This document shows, piece by piece, positions 9,829-21,769 of a stretch of DNA of 64,000 nucleotides. Position 1 is the stretch's first letter. Each line of letters starts with the position of its first letter. The stretch covers positions 1 through 64,000 of the IMG/VR virus record IMGVR_UViG_3300009174_000002; one strand, 5' to 3'. Position numbers and translations under genes: made by a program. The notes beneath the pieces are model-generated. The model saw only the letters and a program-made list of their open reading frames with translations. It was not told the DNA's origin and did not search any database. Source of the DNA: a virus.

Positions 9829-10899
9829 TTATAAAGGTACATAGTTAAATTGTGCTAAATAATCTCCTTGTGGTAAAATTACAGTAAAAGGACCAAGTCC
9901 TTGATAATCTGTTAGAACGGTAGAATTGTTCGCTTTATTAATAATACTTAATATTATTTTATATCTTGCATTTATTTCTGCTATCCATTGGTCTAAAGTT
10001 AATGTCTTTGAAGTGGAAACATGTGTTTGTGTGTTAGTTTCTACCCAAGAAGAATTTGTTAGATCTAAACTACCATTTATTGTAATATTACTATTTTGAT
10101 AAGTAGTAAGAGGTGAAAGTTTAACAGTATATTGAGGAGTTAAAACACACAATATCTTAGGAAATGTAATTGTATAATCTATAGGAGAAACTGATGAATA
10201 AGTGCTTACTATAAAACTAATCGAATCTTTATTTTCATTTATTAAACTTCTTCCTGTTCCTAATCCTACTTCAATATTGTATGGATTATTATTACTAGTA
10301 TATCCATTAACATTCAATGTTAAACGATAATTAACATTTGCTTTTAAAAACTTTAAACTAAAATTATTTGTGACATTAGGCAATAATCCTCCAGTTATAA
10401 CTTGATAATCAGTATTAATTGTAGCTGGTATATAATTATTATTAGTGTCAGTAACCTCTACTATTAAGGTTTTAGAAATATCTGCTCCAACTGTAAGAGA
10501 AGTATCAAAGGATCTTGTTTCATTTTGTGAAGCATTTATTTGTGATCCTGATATTATAAAAGCATTACTATTACCTCCATCTTGAATAACTGCTTTTGCT
10601 TTTTGAAATATCAAATATTGATACCTACCTGAATCATTTCCAAGAGGAGCTGAAATTAAGTCATATACTAAACCAGTACCACTAATTTTTCTAATTAAAC
10701 TTTTAGAAATTAAAAACTTAGGACTTGAATATTTATTTCCAGCATTATCTATCCAAAAAGGTTGAGTAGAACCTGCTTCTTGAAAACATTCATAAGTATA
10801 AGATCCTATTGCTGCTATATCTACAGTTAATGAAAATCCTAAAGTTGTATTTGAAGTAAAATCAAAAACTTTATCTGATAATTCTACTGGCCTATTCAT
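9829..10899 (-). CDS. Putative structural protein
   Basis: Beta-rich, abutting neighbouring genes in the structural operon. Confidence 0.5.
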   Translation of the reverse strand: MNRPVELSDKVFDFTSNTTLGFSLTVDIAAIGSYTYECFQEAGSTQPFWIDNAGNKYSSPKFLISKSLIRKISGTGLVYDLISAPLGNDSGRYQYLIFQKAKAVIQDGGNSNAFIISGSQINASQNETRSFDTSLTVGADISKTLIVEVTDTNNNYIPATINTDYQVITGGLLPNVTNNFSLKFLKANVNYRLTLNVNGYTSNNNPYNIEVGLGTGRSLINENKDSISFIVSTYSSVSPIDYTITFPKILCVLTPQYTVKLSPLTTYQNSNITINGSLDLTNSSWVETNTQTHVSTSKTLTLDQWIAEINARYKIILSIINKANNSTVLTDYQGLGPFTVILPQGDYLAQFNYVPL

Positions 10900-11565
10900 T
10901 TAAATATTAAATTGTATCGTTCTCACCTGTTTGGTTAATTTTCCTGTAATTTGAACTAAACCCTGATAATTTCCAGGTGTTACAGAAATTGTACTATCCT
11001 TGCCCAATAATAAAGAACCGTTGTTAAGATCCTTTATTATTTGCCATCCATTTGGAATTATTTCATTTCCACTAAAAAATACTTTCATATCATATAATTC
11101 TGGCAATCGTTCTTGTTTTCCTTTATTATCCATATAATAATCAAGAAGGGTTTGGAAGTACATAATTACTCCAATTTTTACATTGGTAAAATTTACTTGA
11201 GTCCAATCATATCCTTCATCAAGGGTGGGAGGAATAATACCATTGGTAAAAGTTAATGATGGAGGATAATTATATAAACTAGAAATGTTTCCATTTGCAT
11301 CTACATATCTTAAAAAACAACTAATAGTTCCTTTTAATCCTTTTCCTGCTCCGTTTACTATAAGTGGATATTTTATAGCGGGTACATTATATGGAGCATT
11401 TAAAATTCTAGCATTATTTTTATTAGGGCTTATTTCATAATCAATATCACTATCGCCCAGTTGAAAGCAAGACACTTTTAAAGACCCATTTAAACGAGAA
11501 AGTAGTTGTCTTGCTTTATCTTGCAATTTAATATCTACGGATACAATATTCTGGTTTAGTTGCAT
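10900..11565 (-). CDS. Putative baseplate/structural protein
   Basis: KLQDKARQLL..FQLGDSDIDY N-terminal motif; structural operon. Confidence 0.55.
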   Translation of the reverse strand: MQLNQNIVSVDIKLQDKARQLLSRLNGSLKVSCFQLGDSDIDYEISPNKNNARILNAPYNVPAIKYPLIVNGAGKGLKGTISCFLRYVDANGNISSLYNYPPSLTFTNGIIPPTLDEGYDWTQVNFTNVKIGVIMYFQTLLDYYMDNKGKQERLPELYDMKVFFSGNEIIPNGWQIIKDLNNGSLLLGKDSTISVTPGNYQGLVQITGKLTKQVRTIQFNI

Positions 11566-11591
11566 TCTTTAAAATAAATTTATGATATTTT

Positions 11592-12500
11592 TTATAATTT
11601 CATAATTTTGATTGAGCACCAATAGGGGGGCCTATTCTCCATCGCTGTTCCACTCCCTCCAGAATTCACAGTAATGCCTGTAGTGGCTGGATTAGTATTT
11701 CCTCCCGCTTCTGATCCTGTAAAATTTACTCCAGGAACTGCTCCAAATCCGCCAAAATTAGTTATATTTGATCCTGTAATACTATGAGTATGTCCAGGGT
11801 CTATAACAATTAAATTATAATTTGGTAAATTTTGCTTTGAAATAACATTAGATTTATTTCCTCCGGCATCAGTTTGATTATAAGTTCCTACATTAGGATT
11901 TAATGCTGGAGCTCCTACACTAGGAACATTAGTTGCTCCAACTAAAAATAAACCTCTTAAATCTGGAGTACCGCCTACTCCATTACAAATATGATAACCA
12001 GCCATACTATTTATTCCTGCTCCTGTGTTATCAAAATTAGCATTTACATTTCCAAACCAATCAAGAATTGAGCCAGAAGGAATTGCACTAACACTTATTC
12101 TTTTGAAATTTACATAATATTCACCTAAATCTCCAGGGTTATAATATTCAAAAATTAATATTCTATCTAAATGAACATTTTGTATAGATCCATCTTTATA
12201 TTCAGTTGGAGAAGGAGAAATAGTATTTTGTACAAATTTTAAAAAATATTGTCCACCACTTACTATTGGAAAAGAATTAGCCGCTACTTTATAGACTTCA
12301 CCTTGCCAAGAAACAAAACCAGCAGTAGTTGTTACCGTAGTACCATTACTAGTTGGTACTACTCCACTTAAAATTATATTTTGTGAAACATCAAATAATG
12401 AGGCTATAGCTTGAAAACCTAAGAAATAGGCATCTTGCATCAACATAGCATCATCATTCTTTATAGGGTGCCCACCAAAACCTGGAAGGAATTTTTTCAT
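11592..12500 (-). CDS. Tail fibre / baseplate protein with tail-collar domain
   Basis: IPSGSILDWFG..GYHICNG..TPDLRGLFLVG, DPGHTH and ENRPPY motifs. Confidence 0.8.
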   Translation of the reverse strand: MKKFLPGFGGHPIKNDDAMLMQDAYFLGFQAIASLFDVSQNIILSGVVPTSNGTTVTTTAGFVSWQGEVYKVAANSFPIVSGGQYFLKFVQNTISPSPTEYKDGSIQNVHLDRILIFEYYNPGDLGEYYVNFKRISVSAIPSGSILDWFGNVNANFDNTGAGINSMAGYHICNGVGGTPDLRGLFLVGATNVPSVGAPALNPNVGTYNQTDAGGNKSNVISKQNLPNYNLIVIDPGHTHSITGSNITNFGGFGAVPGVNFTGSEAGGNTNPATTGITVNSGGSGTAMENRPPYWCSIKIMKL

Positions 12501-12543
12501 TTAACATAGTATTATTCTTTAAATAATACTAGAGTTAAATGTT

Positions 12544-15500
12544 TTAAATATAGGTAGGATCTTGTCCTTCTAGATTATAATATATATAAGGATTATCTTG
12601 ATTTTCTGAATCATAATATACATATACTTGATCCAAATTAGTTAATTGAGGAGGTATTCGCTTAATTGTAAAACAATCACTACTTGATTCAGCGATACCA
12701 TTTGCAAAAGGAATAGTAAATGTATTAATATTATCTGTAAATTGAAATTGTAAGAGATTTGGATTTTCTGAAAATGTAGATAAATACCAATGATATACTA
12801 TTTCAATCCTTATAGTTCTATTTAAAATAGTTGCAAAAATATTAGGAGAATAACTATTTATACCTTGATTATTAAATGCTTCAACAATATTTGTTTGTGT
12901 TGTATCTAAATCAGTATCCCAATTTACAGTAATAGGACCAAGTAAAACTCCATGTGCTGGACTTATTATCTGCATAATTACATTATTGCCAGGAGTTATA
13001 TTATCCCCTTGTCCATTAAATGGTAAATAAAATTTTGTCTGTACAAAAGCAGGAGATTCTTTTGTTCCCCCTATACAAGTTTTAAATGTTCCAGTGTATC
13101 TAACTTTACTTAAACTATAATTACTATTTTCAATTAATCTTCCAAATTCTGAAATATTAATTACAATAGGAATAAATTGCTTAATGGTTTGTTGAAATTT
13201 ATTTTCTATTAAATCTAAAAATGAAGCTAAATCTTGATAAGTTAATACTTGTGGAGAATTTAAATTATATAGATTAATTACTTTACCGCTAAAATTATCA
13301 TATTCATAATCCGAATGAAGTGTTGATTTCCAGGCAAAATTAGTAAAAGTACCTTCAGGATATGAGAAAAAATCCTGTATTTTATTTGGAAAATTTTTTT
13401 GATAACTAATCCCTGTTAAAGTTTTAGAAGTTAAAGTTAAATTTGAAACAACAGTATTATTGTTAAATGTAGTATTAGGTAATAAATAACTATAATCAGT
13501 TTGTGATAATATAGAAGGATTAGATTTTTCAAATTCACAATATGTAGTAAATTCGGTATTGTTAGATTGTGTATTTGTAAAATCAAATATATAAGAATCT
13601 ACATTATAATTCAAACTATTTAAAATCTTATCTCCTATGTTAAAACTATCAATTCCAATATTTTGAAATATTTCTACTTTTTTAAAATACAAATCAATAT
13701 TTTGAGGATAACCAATAAATAAATCCCACCACTTAATATTATCAGGAGATAATTTATTAGGAAATGCTACCAAATCATTTATATTAATTTCTAAAAAAGA
13801 ACAACTTAAAATATTCTTTTTAGGTATTTCAATAGCTAGAAAAGGTATTCCTAGAGAATTAGTAGATGGGTCTCTCCATTGGGCTAATCCTATATATTGA
13901 TAATCTAGATAAATTTCAATTCCTTCAGCCCGTGTAATAAATCTTAAATTATGATTTAAACCATCATTATCAAATATGTTTTGAAGTATTGCTACTCTTT
14001 CTACTATACTTCCATTTATTTCAGATACAAGTTTTAATCTTATCACAATATCTTTACCTTCTAGTCTTGCTATAATATACTGCATACTAGAAATATCTAA
14101 AAATGTAGAACTAGGATATACTCGGTTTAATATATTAAAATCAGTAATAGGATTAGTACTTCCTGATAAATATGTATCATCATTATAATTTGAATATACT
14201 TCTGGAAGAAAATAACTTCTATTAAACCCTGAATTTACTGTAAAAGGAACTGTAGATTTTATAACACCCCCATTAATATAGGTTCCTGTAAATGTTCCTG
14301 TTATAGTAAAAGTAGTAGGACTTGGAACTGAACTAATTAAAAAACTAATTCCATTAACATTATTAATTCCATTAACATTAAAAAACTCAATTTTTTCACC
14401 TTGTATAAAATTATGTATAGAACCTGTGGTTACAAATAATGTATTACCACTATTTTGTATTTCTAAATTAGATACATTTGCAGTAGGTTTAAATATTGGT
14501 GAATCTACTAAAAATAAAGAACATATATGGCAACTAACTTCTTCTAAATTATTAGCTATTCCTTTTATAAAACCATCTCGTGGAATCAAATATTCAACAG
14601 AAAATCCAGCAAATTTATCAGGCAAAGACAAAGGTAAATAATAATACTTATTACTTAAGTTTTGTAAATTAGCAAATTCTCCATTATTGAATTTAACATA
14701 ATTATATTTAATATTTCCAAATACTTGTTCAATATGTGTATCAATGGCTTTATTTGGATCTGTCATAATGCCTATTTCTCTTAAATTTACAGTAGATTCA
14801 TTGTGCAATCTCATTCTATAAACATAAGGTTTATTAATAGTATTATCAATGTTTGTTTTGTCAATTAAGTAATAAGGATCTATTTCAAAATGAAAATCTG
14901 GTACATGTACTTTTGTATTGTCTACTATTCTTTTGATTTGAGAATAATCATTATTTATTACATAATCTAAATTGTTAGTATTAGTATATTTAAAAGCATA
15001 TTCCTGTAATTGTAATAAACCATCAGGAGCGCCAAGTAATGAAACTAATTTAGAAATGCAATCTTGAGTTCCTTTTACTTTATATAAATATAATAAAGAT
15101 AATAACAGTCTTTTTTCTCTTTCATTTTGAAAGGATTGTAGAGTGGATTGATAATATTTATTGTTTATGTCTACATTTTGTTGTAAATAAGTTAGACCAG
15201 GTTCAGTTTGAACTACAAGTTTTGAAAAATCTATACTATCATCGGTAAATAAATCAAACCCATAATAAGAAGCATAGTATTTATAATACTCGGGAGATAA
15301 TTGATTAAACTTACCATAATTTATACTATGAACATATTTTAAAAATTTGATATAAACATATACTTAATCAAAAAACCATCCAGCTATTAAAATAAATCTT
15401 TGAAAATATGCTTGATATGGATCGTTTAATTCACTTATTATATCAGGTGGAATTGCTCTTCTAATTAATTGATTAGAATAAGTTTCATCTAAAGCCTGGG

Positions 15501-16810
15501 CCCTCAGAATATTAAACTCTGTAAATAATGGTGATGGGCCAAATGCATAATCTGTATCATTTTGGCTACCATCATTATTATATAATAAATCAGGGTCTTT
15601 AAGCCAATTTAAGAAATCTTGATCAGTATTACTAGGATTATTTAAATCTATTCTATTTTGTAAATTTCCTGTAACTAATCTAGTAGGCCAAGGAGTTTGA
15701 TTAATAGGGCTTGGAGATAATAAAAACTTTTGAATAGGAGTTAGATTTAATTGAAAATCATTTAGAATATTTTGTTTAGGCGAAATCAAAATACCTAAAT
15801 TACCATTATTATTTGCATCAGTATATGTTATAAATTCATTAAAAGTCAATATACCATTTATTGTAATTTTATATTTTAAATTACCTGTATTATTTGTCAA
15901 TGGATATTTTCTTACTTTACCTCCGCTAGTATAAGTAAAATTCATGATTGTTCCATCTCCAGTTAAATAATCAAGTAATTCAAAAGTATTAGATGTAACA
16001 TTTGTGATTTGAAATCTTACTACATTCAATTCATTATAATTTACATTAATACTTGTTTCTCCGCTAAGAAGAGATCCAATTACTTCATATATTTCTATTT
16101 TATCACCATTTTGATAAGTATGTGGAATAGAAGTAGTAATCCTAATGCCATCAATTCCATTTTGTATATTAGAAATATTATAAATATTATTAGCAGAATA
16201 AGGAGCAATAAAATTTGAGATAGAATATCTTTTATCATTTTTATCTAATATATCATAATTTAAAATTGAAAAGTTAGGATTATCATCAAAAAATAAAAAG
16301 TTTCCTTGATCTTTAACTGTTGAAGAAGTAAAAATAATATCAGTAGTATTATTTATAAAATCATTTGTTAAAGTAATATTAGTAAATGAAGATACTAAAT
16401 CTGCTAATAGAGTTTGATAGGGATAAGTATTTATTAAAGTTCTTATATTATAAGCTAATTCAGTATAAGCAGAACCAAAGAACACATAATTTCTTAAATC
16501 ACTATAATCTATCAGTAAAGTTATTATATCAACTAAATAACCTTCTACTAACTTATCATCATTATTTAAATGTTCTTGTGTATAACCATATTCATTTACT
16601 AAGCTAGCTTTTAAAGAATCTTTTACTTTTTGTAAGGTGAGAATTAAAGCGTTAGGATTATTTAAATCAGTTTTAGTAGGAATATAATAATTTGGAATAT
16701 TTGAAAATGATCCTGAAGGAACTAGATTACTGGAAAAAAAAAACACCACCCTTTAAAGCATCAGTTCCTGGAGGAGTTAAATCAACTGCAGGTATTTTTG
16801 TATTACCCAT
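12544..16810 (-). CDS. Large baseplate-wedge-like protein (about 1421 aa), interrupted in this sequence by a +1 T10 frameshift (16734-16743) and one in-frame TAA (15364-15366)
   Basis: ATG at 16810; the 183 codons 15363-14815 are stop-free and in frame with both track ORFs (…AGWFFD*VYVYIKF…LYLYKVKGTQDCISKLVSLLGAP…). Confidence 0.7.
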
Positions 16811-16818
16811 TTTATTTT

Positions 16819-17724
16819 TTATTTTATGTATTCAAATTTAAAAGACTTTTTATAAATCTTTCCATTTCTGCAATAGGATGCCATTCTATCACCAGGTTTG
16901 CCATAATAATATCTATTTAAATCATTAGCACTATTAAATATTTTTTCTTCACCGGTAATAATATTGATTTGTTTTACTTTTTTACTCCAAGTGGTTTTTC
17001 CCTTTCTATGCTTTGAAATAGCTTCCTTTCTTTCCTTACTAAGTTTTTTACCTAACATAGAATGTGTTATTTCTCCTGAAGCATATCTTTTTTTTAGAAT
17101 CTCACTTTTCTTTTTTAATCTAATATCTGTTTCTTTTGTTAATCCTTTATTCCATGATTTTTGTTTTTTCATTCTTTCACTAGTAGCTTTTCGCATACTA
17201 TCTGGCATTTTTTTACCTTTTCCATTTTCACTCATTTTTTTCCTCCATTCTTCGGTAATAACTCTTCCTTTTAATGCTTCGCTAATTTTTTTTCTTACTT
17301 CTGGTCTTTTTGAAGGATTTTCCATAGTAGATAATTTTGCTTTTATTTTAGCAATAATTTCTTCTCTATGATGAATACCAATACCCCCATCTCCTCCATC
17401 AGTAGTATTTTTTAAATTAAATCCCCAAGACCTAAATAAATTTACATACCAAACTTCCCAAAATGACCATTCTTTTTCTGGCACTATATCTATCAACTCT
17501 ATAATTGGTTCTATTCCTTTCTGTTTTAAATCTTTAAACCATCTACTTTTTAAAGTATCATATTTTTTTACTTCATTTAAATGTCTTTTAAATCTATCCT
17601 TTAAAGCTTTTATTGTTTTGCCAATATACATTGTAAAAGGATCCGTTGGATCCATTAAACTATAAATTTTCGCATCTTGTCCTGGTGGTGTTAAATCTAC
17701 TGCTGGTATTTTTGTATCTCCCAT
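16819..17724 (-). mobile_element. Free-standing GIY-YIG homing endonuclease with NUMOD3-like repeats
   Basis: KIYSL..MYIGKT..RFKRH; N TTDGGDG; EEWRKKMSE and WNKGLTK repeats. Confidence 0.85.
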
Positions 17725-17771
17725 TCATAAATAAATATAATTTTTATTTATTCTAAAGTAAAAGTATTTTA

Positions 17772-18347
17772 TTAATTAAATTCATTATCAAAACCAAATT
17801 TATTAATTATTTCAAAATTAATATTATTCTGTTTTAAAAGGGGTATTAATTTTTTTTGATAGAAATTAATTGTTCCTCTAGTAGGTTCTGTAATTAAAAA
17901 TAAAGTTATTTTAATAATATAATTTTTTAAATTAATTAATCCTTTTTCACCGGTATAAATAACTTCTTCATATTCAGAATTTGTTAATCTATCCTTGTAA
18001 GCATTGTAAGGAAATATTTTATATTTATTAGAAATCTTATTGGCATTTAATTCTATTCTTGCAATTTGATTTGATTTCTGAATTTTATACGATACATGAA
18101 AACCATCAATTTCTTTAGTATTTAACTTATGAAAATTTTTATTTCTAGTTGTACTAACACCATATATCATTTCTTTTTTATTAAACATCTCTAACTGAGT
18201 ATTAACTAAATTTATTTTTGAGGGATTTAATTTATTAGATTCTAGAATAGAAACTAAATTATTTGTTGAAGTGAAATGATATAAAACTCCTATATTCTTA
18301 TTTTCTATAAGAAAAGATTCTTTTAGTATTTTATCAATTAAACTCAT
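17772..18347 (-). CDS. Leader-bearing ADP-ribosyltransferase-fold protein
   Basis: MSLIDKILKE leader; LYHFT..VSTTR..EYEE. Confidence 0.55.
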   Translation of the reverse strand: MSLIDKILKESFLIENKNIGVLYHFTSTNNLVSILESNKLNPSKINLVNTQLEMFNKKEMIYGVSTTRNKNFHKLNTKEIDGFHVSYKIQKSNQIARIELNANKISNKYKIFPYNAYKDRLTNSEYEEVIYTGEKGLINLKNYIIKITLFLITEPTRGTINFYQKKLIPLLKQNNINFEIINKFGFDNEFN

Positions 18348-18940
18348 TTAAATTTTTGTAAATAATTTAATTCATCTTTTGTAAAAATTGTCAAATCATA
18401 AGCATCGGCTTCCTCATTATAACGTTCATCATTTTGAAAACCATTAAAGTCTAGTTTAAATTTAATTTTTTTGTCTTGTAATAGTTCAATTATTTTAAAT
18501 AAAATATTTTTATTTTTATATTCTATATATTTTAAAGGAAGTATAACTTGTATAATGTATTTGTTTAAATTAGTTAAACCTTGTTTGGTAACAATCAATT
18601 CTTCAGATTCGGTATTTTTTGTTCTAGTTTTATGAGAAAAATCATTATAGGGGATTATTTTATAATTATTAGATATTAAATTTCCATCTAAATCTATTCT
18701 AACATGAAATTTAAATAATAATTCATTACTATGATTTAAATTTAATTTTATATTCTTATTTCTAGTTGTAGAAATACCATAATAAATTTTATTATTAATT
18801 CTATATCCATTTACAGATTTTAATAAATTACTCTGTAAAATATATAATAATCTATCAAAAGTAGTAAAATGATAAAGTATTCCTATATTTTTACCTTCTA
18901 TAAGAAAAGTTTCTTTTAATATTTTATTAATTAAACTCAT
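18344..18940 (-). CDS. Leader-bearing ADP-ribosyltransferase-fold protein (tandem paralog)
   Basis: MSLINKILKE leader; LYHFT..ISTTR..ESEE. Confidence 0.55.
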   Translation of the reverse strand: MSLINKILKETFLIEGKNIGILYHFTTFDRLLYILQSNLLKSVNGYRINNKIYYGISTTRNKNIKLNLNHSNELLFKFHVRIDLDGNLISNNYKIIPYNDFSHKTRTKNTESEELIVTKQGLTNLNKYIIQVILPLKYIEYKNKNILFKIIELLQDKKIKFKLDFNGFQNDERYNEEADAYDLTIFTKDELNYLQKFK

Positions 18941-20199
18941 TATTTTAATTTCTTTCTTGCTTCAAAAGTTCCAAATTGAGTTATTTGATATCTTTGTATT
19001 ACATTTCCATCTATATTTCCTGAACTATCTATATTCCAACCATTCTCATCATAAATATCAAATATACCTGAAGTCATATCTCTTACTACATCATTTAACA
19101 TAAATGAAACCATATTATTAATTAAAGTAGAAGGATTAGTATATTCAACTTGTATAAGGATATTATTAAATGAACTTTCTTTTGGATAAATCCTTAATAT
19201 ATCTCCTACTGATATAGTTTCACTAGATGCATCATAACCTATAATATCTGGTTGTAAAACCAATTGAGTATTACTGCCGGTATTATTGAAATTAAAGATA
19301 TTTTCTGTGATTACTTTTGTTTGTTTTAAGGTAGTTTGAGTAGAATCCCATATCTCTACTACTGAACTATATAATCTTCCAGCCTGAAGTGGATTGGTTT
19401 CAAAATTCCATATAGTGCCTAAAAATTTAGTTTTATCAACATCAATTATTGTTCTTCTAACCCTTAAAGGATCATATTGTATTATTGTCCCATCTGCTGA
19501 ATCATTATTAATTGCATTGGTAGGCATATCTTCCCATTCTAAATGATAAGCTCTTGTAATATCTAATACCGAGGTGGTAATATATTTAGGACTTAATAAT
19601 AAATAGTAAGTGCCATAATTTTTTTGTATATTACTTCCATTATTATTAGTAATATCAGTAGGATCAGTTAATATAGTATTAAAACAATTAGTAGGAATTC
19701 TCAAACGTTGTAGTCCAGAAGTAATGCTACTTAAGGCAGAAGAAATAGAACTATCGGAAAAAAAATCTTGTAAACCTAGAGTAGAAGTAATTTGTTTAAA
19801 ATTACAAAAATTACTATTGATAATAGTTGGTATATCTATACTTACTGATCCTATATAATCAGTTTCAGTATGAGAAGAATTTACATTAAAAGTTCTATAT
19901 CTAAAATCTAGACTATGATTATGCCCATTATCAGGCACATCTCCTATTAAACTATAATTTAAAGAACCGTCAACTGCACCATTAGATTCATCTTTTATTC
20001 TATTTATAAAGGCACGAGTAGAAGTATTCTCGGTTCTAGTTTCAGGGTTAGTATCTGAAGTATAATCTGATGTTCTTCCAGGAATAACTTGACTTTCTTC
20101 TTTTGGGAAAAAAGCTACTTGTTGCTTGGAAGGAGTAATCATAACAAAATTATCAATAGTGTTATCGGTTATTTGTATTTTAATTCTTTGATTTTGCAT
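18940..20199 (-). CDS. Putative structural protein
   Basis: N/T/S-rich 419-aa ORF in late operon. Confidence 0.5.
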   Translation of the reverse strand: MQNQRIKIQITDNTIDNFVMITPSKQQVAFFPKEESQVIPGRTSDYTSDTNPETRTENTSTRAFINRIKDESNGAVDGSLNYSLIGDVPDNGHNHSLDFRYRTFNVNSSHTETDYIGSVSIDIPTIINSNFCNFKQITSTLGLQDFFSDSSISSALSSITSGLQRLRIPTNCFNTILTDPTDITNNNGSNIQKNYGTYYLLLSPKYITTSVLDITRAYHLEWEDMPTNAINNDSADGTIIQYDPLRVRRTIIDVDKTKFLGTIWNFETNPLQAGRLYSSVVEIWDSTQTTLKQTKVITENIFNFNNTGSNTQLVLQPDIIGYDASSETISVGDILRIYPKESSFNNILIQVEYTNPSTLINNMVSFMLNDVVRDMTSGIFDIYDENGWNIDSSGNIDGNVIQRYQITQFGTFEARKKLK

Positions 20200-20241
20200 T
20201 TTTTATTCTGTAGAAATTTTTAATATATATCTTACCCAATT

Positions 20242-21327
20242 TTAATAAAACCAGATTATTTCCTCTTTACCTTTTAAAAAATTATCTATTTCAGGAAAAC
20301 CTGAACTAAATGTTATTTGTCCACGATTTTCAATTATCTCAATAAAATTATATAAAACATCAAAATTATCTAATAATTCCCCAAGAAAATGTGCTTCATC
20401 GCGTTTGGTAATTAACTTTCTTTTACTTAATAAAATTAGTGTCTCTTCTTTATTTTTTCTTATTAAATAATAACAAATATCTTCCCTTGAATTTGGAACA
20501 TTTTCGTAAACTTTAACTACAGAAATATTATCAAAAGTGCCAGAAGGATATTTTTTTATTTCCGATTCAATTCTTTTTTTCCCCTCAACTTTCCTATCTT
20601 CAATTCTTCTGGGTTTAAATAAATTATTTTCATCTTCTGATTCCTGTAATAACATAACATTAATTTTTCTATTTGTAAACCAAAATTTATTTTTTAAAGA
20701 ATACCAAATAGGAGTTAAATAAGTTTTTCCATCAATAAATAAACTTGCTCTAGTACCCCACCGTCCTCCTACTTTATTTGGTTGAGCATTAATTTTTCCA
20801 TCTACAAAATTTCCTTCTACTTTAACTTTAATCTTAGTACCTGGAGAAAAATTTTTTAACATAAATTTTTCATCTTCATTAAATTTTGCTATTCTATCTT
20901 CTATTCTTCGAGGTTTAAACAAATCATCATTTTCTTTTAATTGTGGCAATCTTTCATATCTATCTTGTATTTTACTTCTGTTAAATCCTAATCTTTTATA
21001 CCAATTTATTAATTGAGATCTATTTAAAGTTTTCTTTCCAAATGGTTCTGGACTTAATCTGACAATTACTCCATGTTTATCCGCAGCATTTAAAATAACT
21101 TGCATTCCTAATCTCCCCCCTCCTTTTTCATAGGAAGTAATACTACTTACCCATAAAGCACCATCAAAAAAACTAATATCAATTCCCACTTTGTTTTGAA
21201 TAACTATTTCTCGTGTATCAAAAGGATTAGGATAACCTTGACTTCTTATATCACTTATAGCTTCTAGAACCTCTTCTTTACTATTATTTCCATATCCTTC
21301 AAATAATATTTTAGTTATTAAATACAT
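20242..21327 (-). CDS. FKPRR-tag polyprotein: GNAT-like domain plus two tagged payloads
   Basis: MYLITKILFE leader; GNAT-like LINWYKRLGF; LKE-NDDLFKPRRIEDR and LQE-SEDENNLFKPRRIEDR. Confidence 0.75.
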   Translation of the reverse strand: MYLITKILFEGYGNNSKEEVLEAISDIRSQGYPNPFDTREIVIQNKVGIDISFFDGALWVSSITSYEKGGGRLGMQVILNAADKHGVIVRLSPEPFGKKTLNRSQLINWYKRLGFNRSKIQDRYERLPQLKENDDLFKPRRIEDRIAKFNEDEKFMLKNFSPGTKIKVKVEGNFVDGKINAQPNKVGGRWGTRASLFIDGKTYLTPIWYSLKNKFWFTNRKINVMLLQESEDENNLFKPRRIEDRKVEGKKRIESEIKKYPSGTFDNISVVKVYENVPNSREDICYYLIRKNKEETLILLSKRKLITKRDEAHFLGELLDNFDVLYNFIEIIENRGQITFSSGFPEIDNFLKGKEEIIWFY

Positions 21328-21352
21328 TTTCTAAAATTTGTTTCCTCAGATT

Positions 21353-21766
21353 TTATATTGCTATGTTAATATATTTTATTTTATTATTTAAAAGATCAAG
21401 AAATTTCTTTTTAGGGTCATGTTTATTTTCAAATTTTATTATTCTTTCAAATGACTCTAATTGTGTAAGATTATTAATAAGTTTATATTTTCTTTCTATT
21501 ACTATTTCATCATTATTGGCAAATCCTATAATTTGTAAAGCCTGTTCTATGCTCTCGGCTTTTACATAATATAAATAATCTATAATTGTAGCTTCAAGAT
21601 GAATATATAAAATCCAAATATCTTTTACTTTATCTATACCTCCTAATCTATTTATTATTTCCTCTTTTTGTTTATTTACTTGTTCTTGTCTATTGTTAAG
21701 CCTTCGAGGTTTAAAAAGATTTTCTTCTCCTTCTGATTCTAATAATATTTTAGTTATAAGATTCAT
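21353..21766 (-). CDS. FKPRR-tag family protein (class B)
   Basis: MNLITKILLE-SEGEENLFKPRRLNNR. Confidence 0.8.
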   Translation of the reverse strand: MNLITKILLESEGEENLFKPRRLNNRQEQVNKQKEEIINRLGGIDKVKDIWILYIHLEATIIDYLYYVKAESIEQALQIIGFANNDEIVIERKYKLINNLTQLESFERIIKFENKHDPKKKFLDLLNNKIKYINIAI

Positions 21767-21769
21767 TTT

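Noticed and set aside
14815-15363. Apparent intergenic gap as a group I intron or ncRNA
   Set aside because: It is a stop-free, in-frame continuation of the baseplate gene.
15364-15366. Genome-wide stop-codon reassignment
   Set aside because: TAA is the dominant true stop here, TAG and TGA also end genes normally, and coding density is high under the standard code; this is a single lesion.
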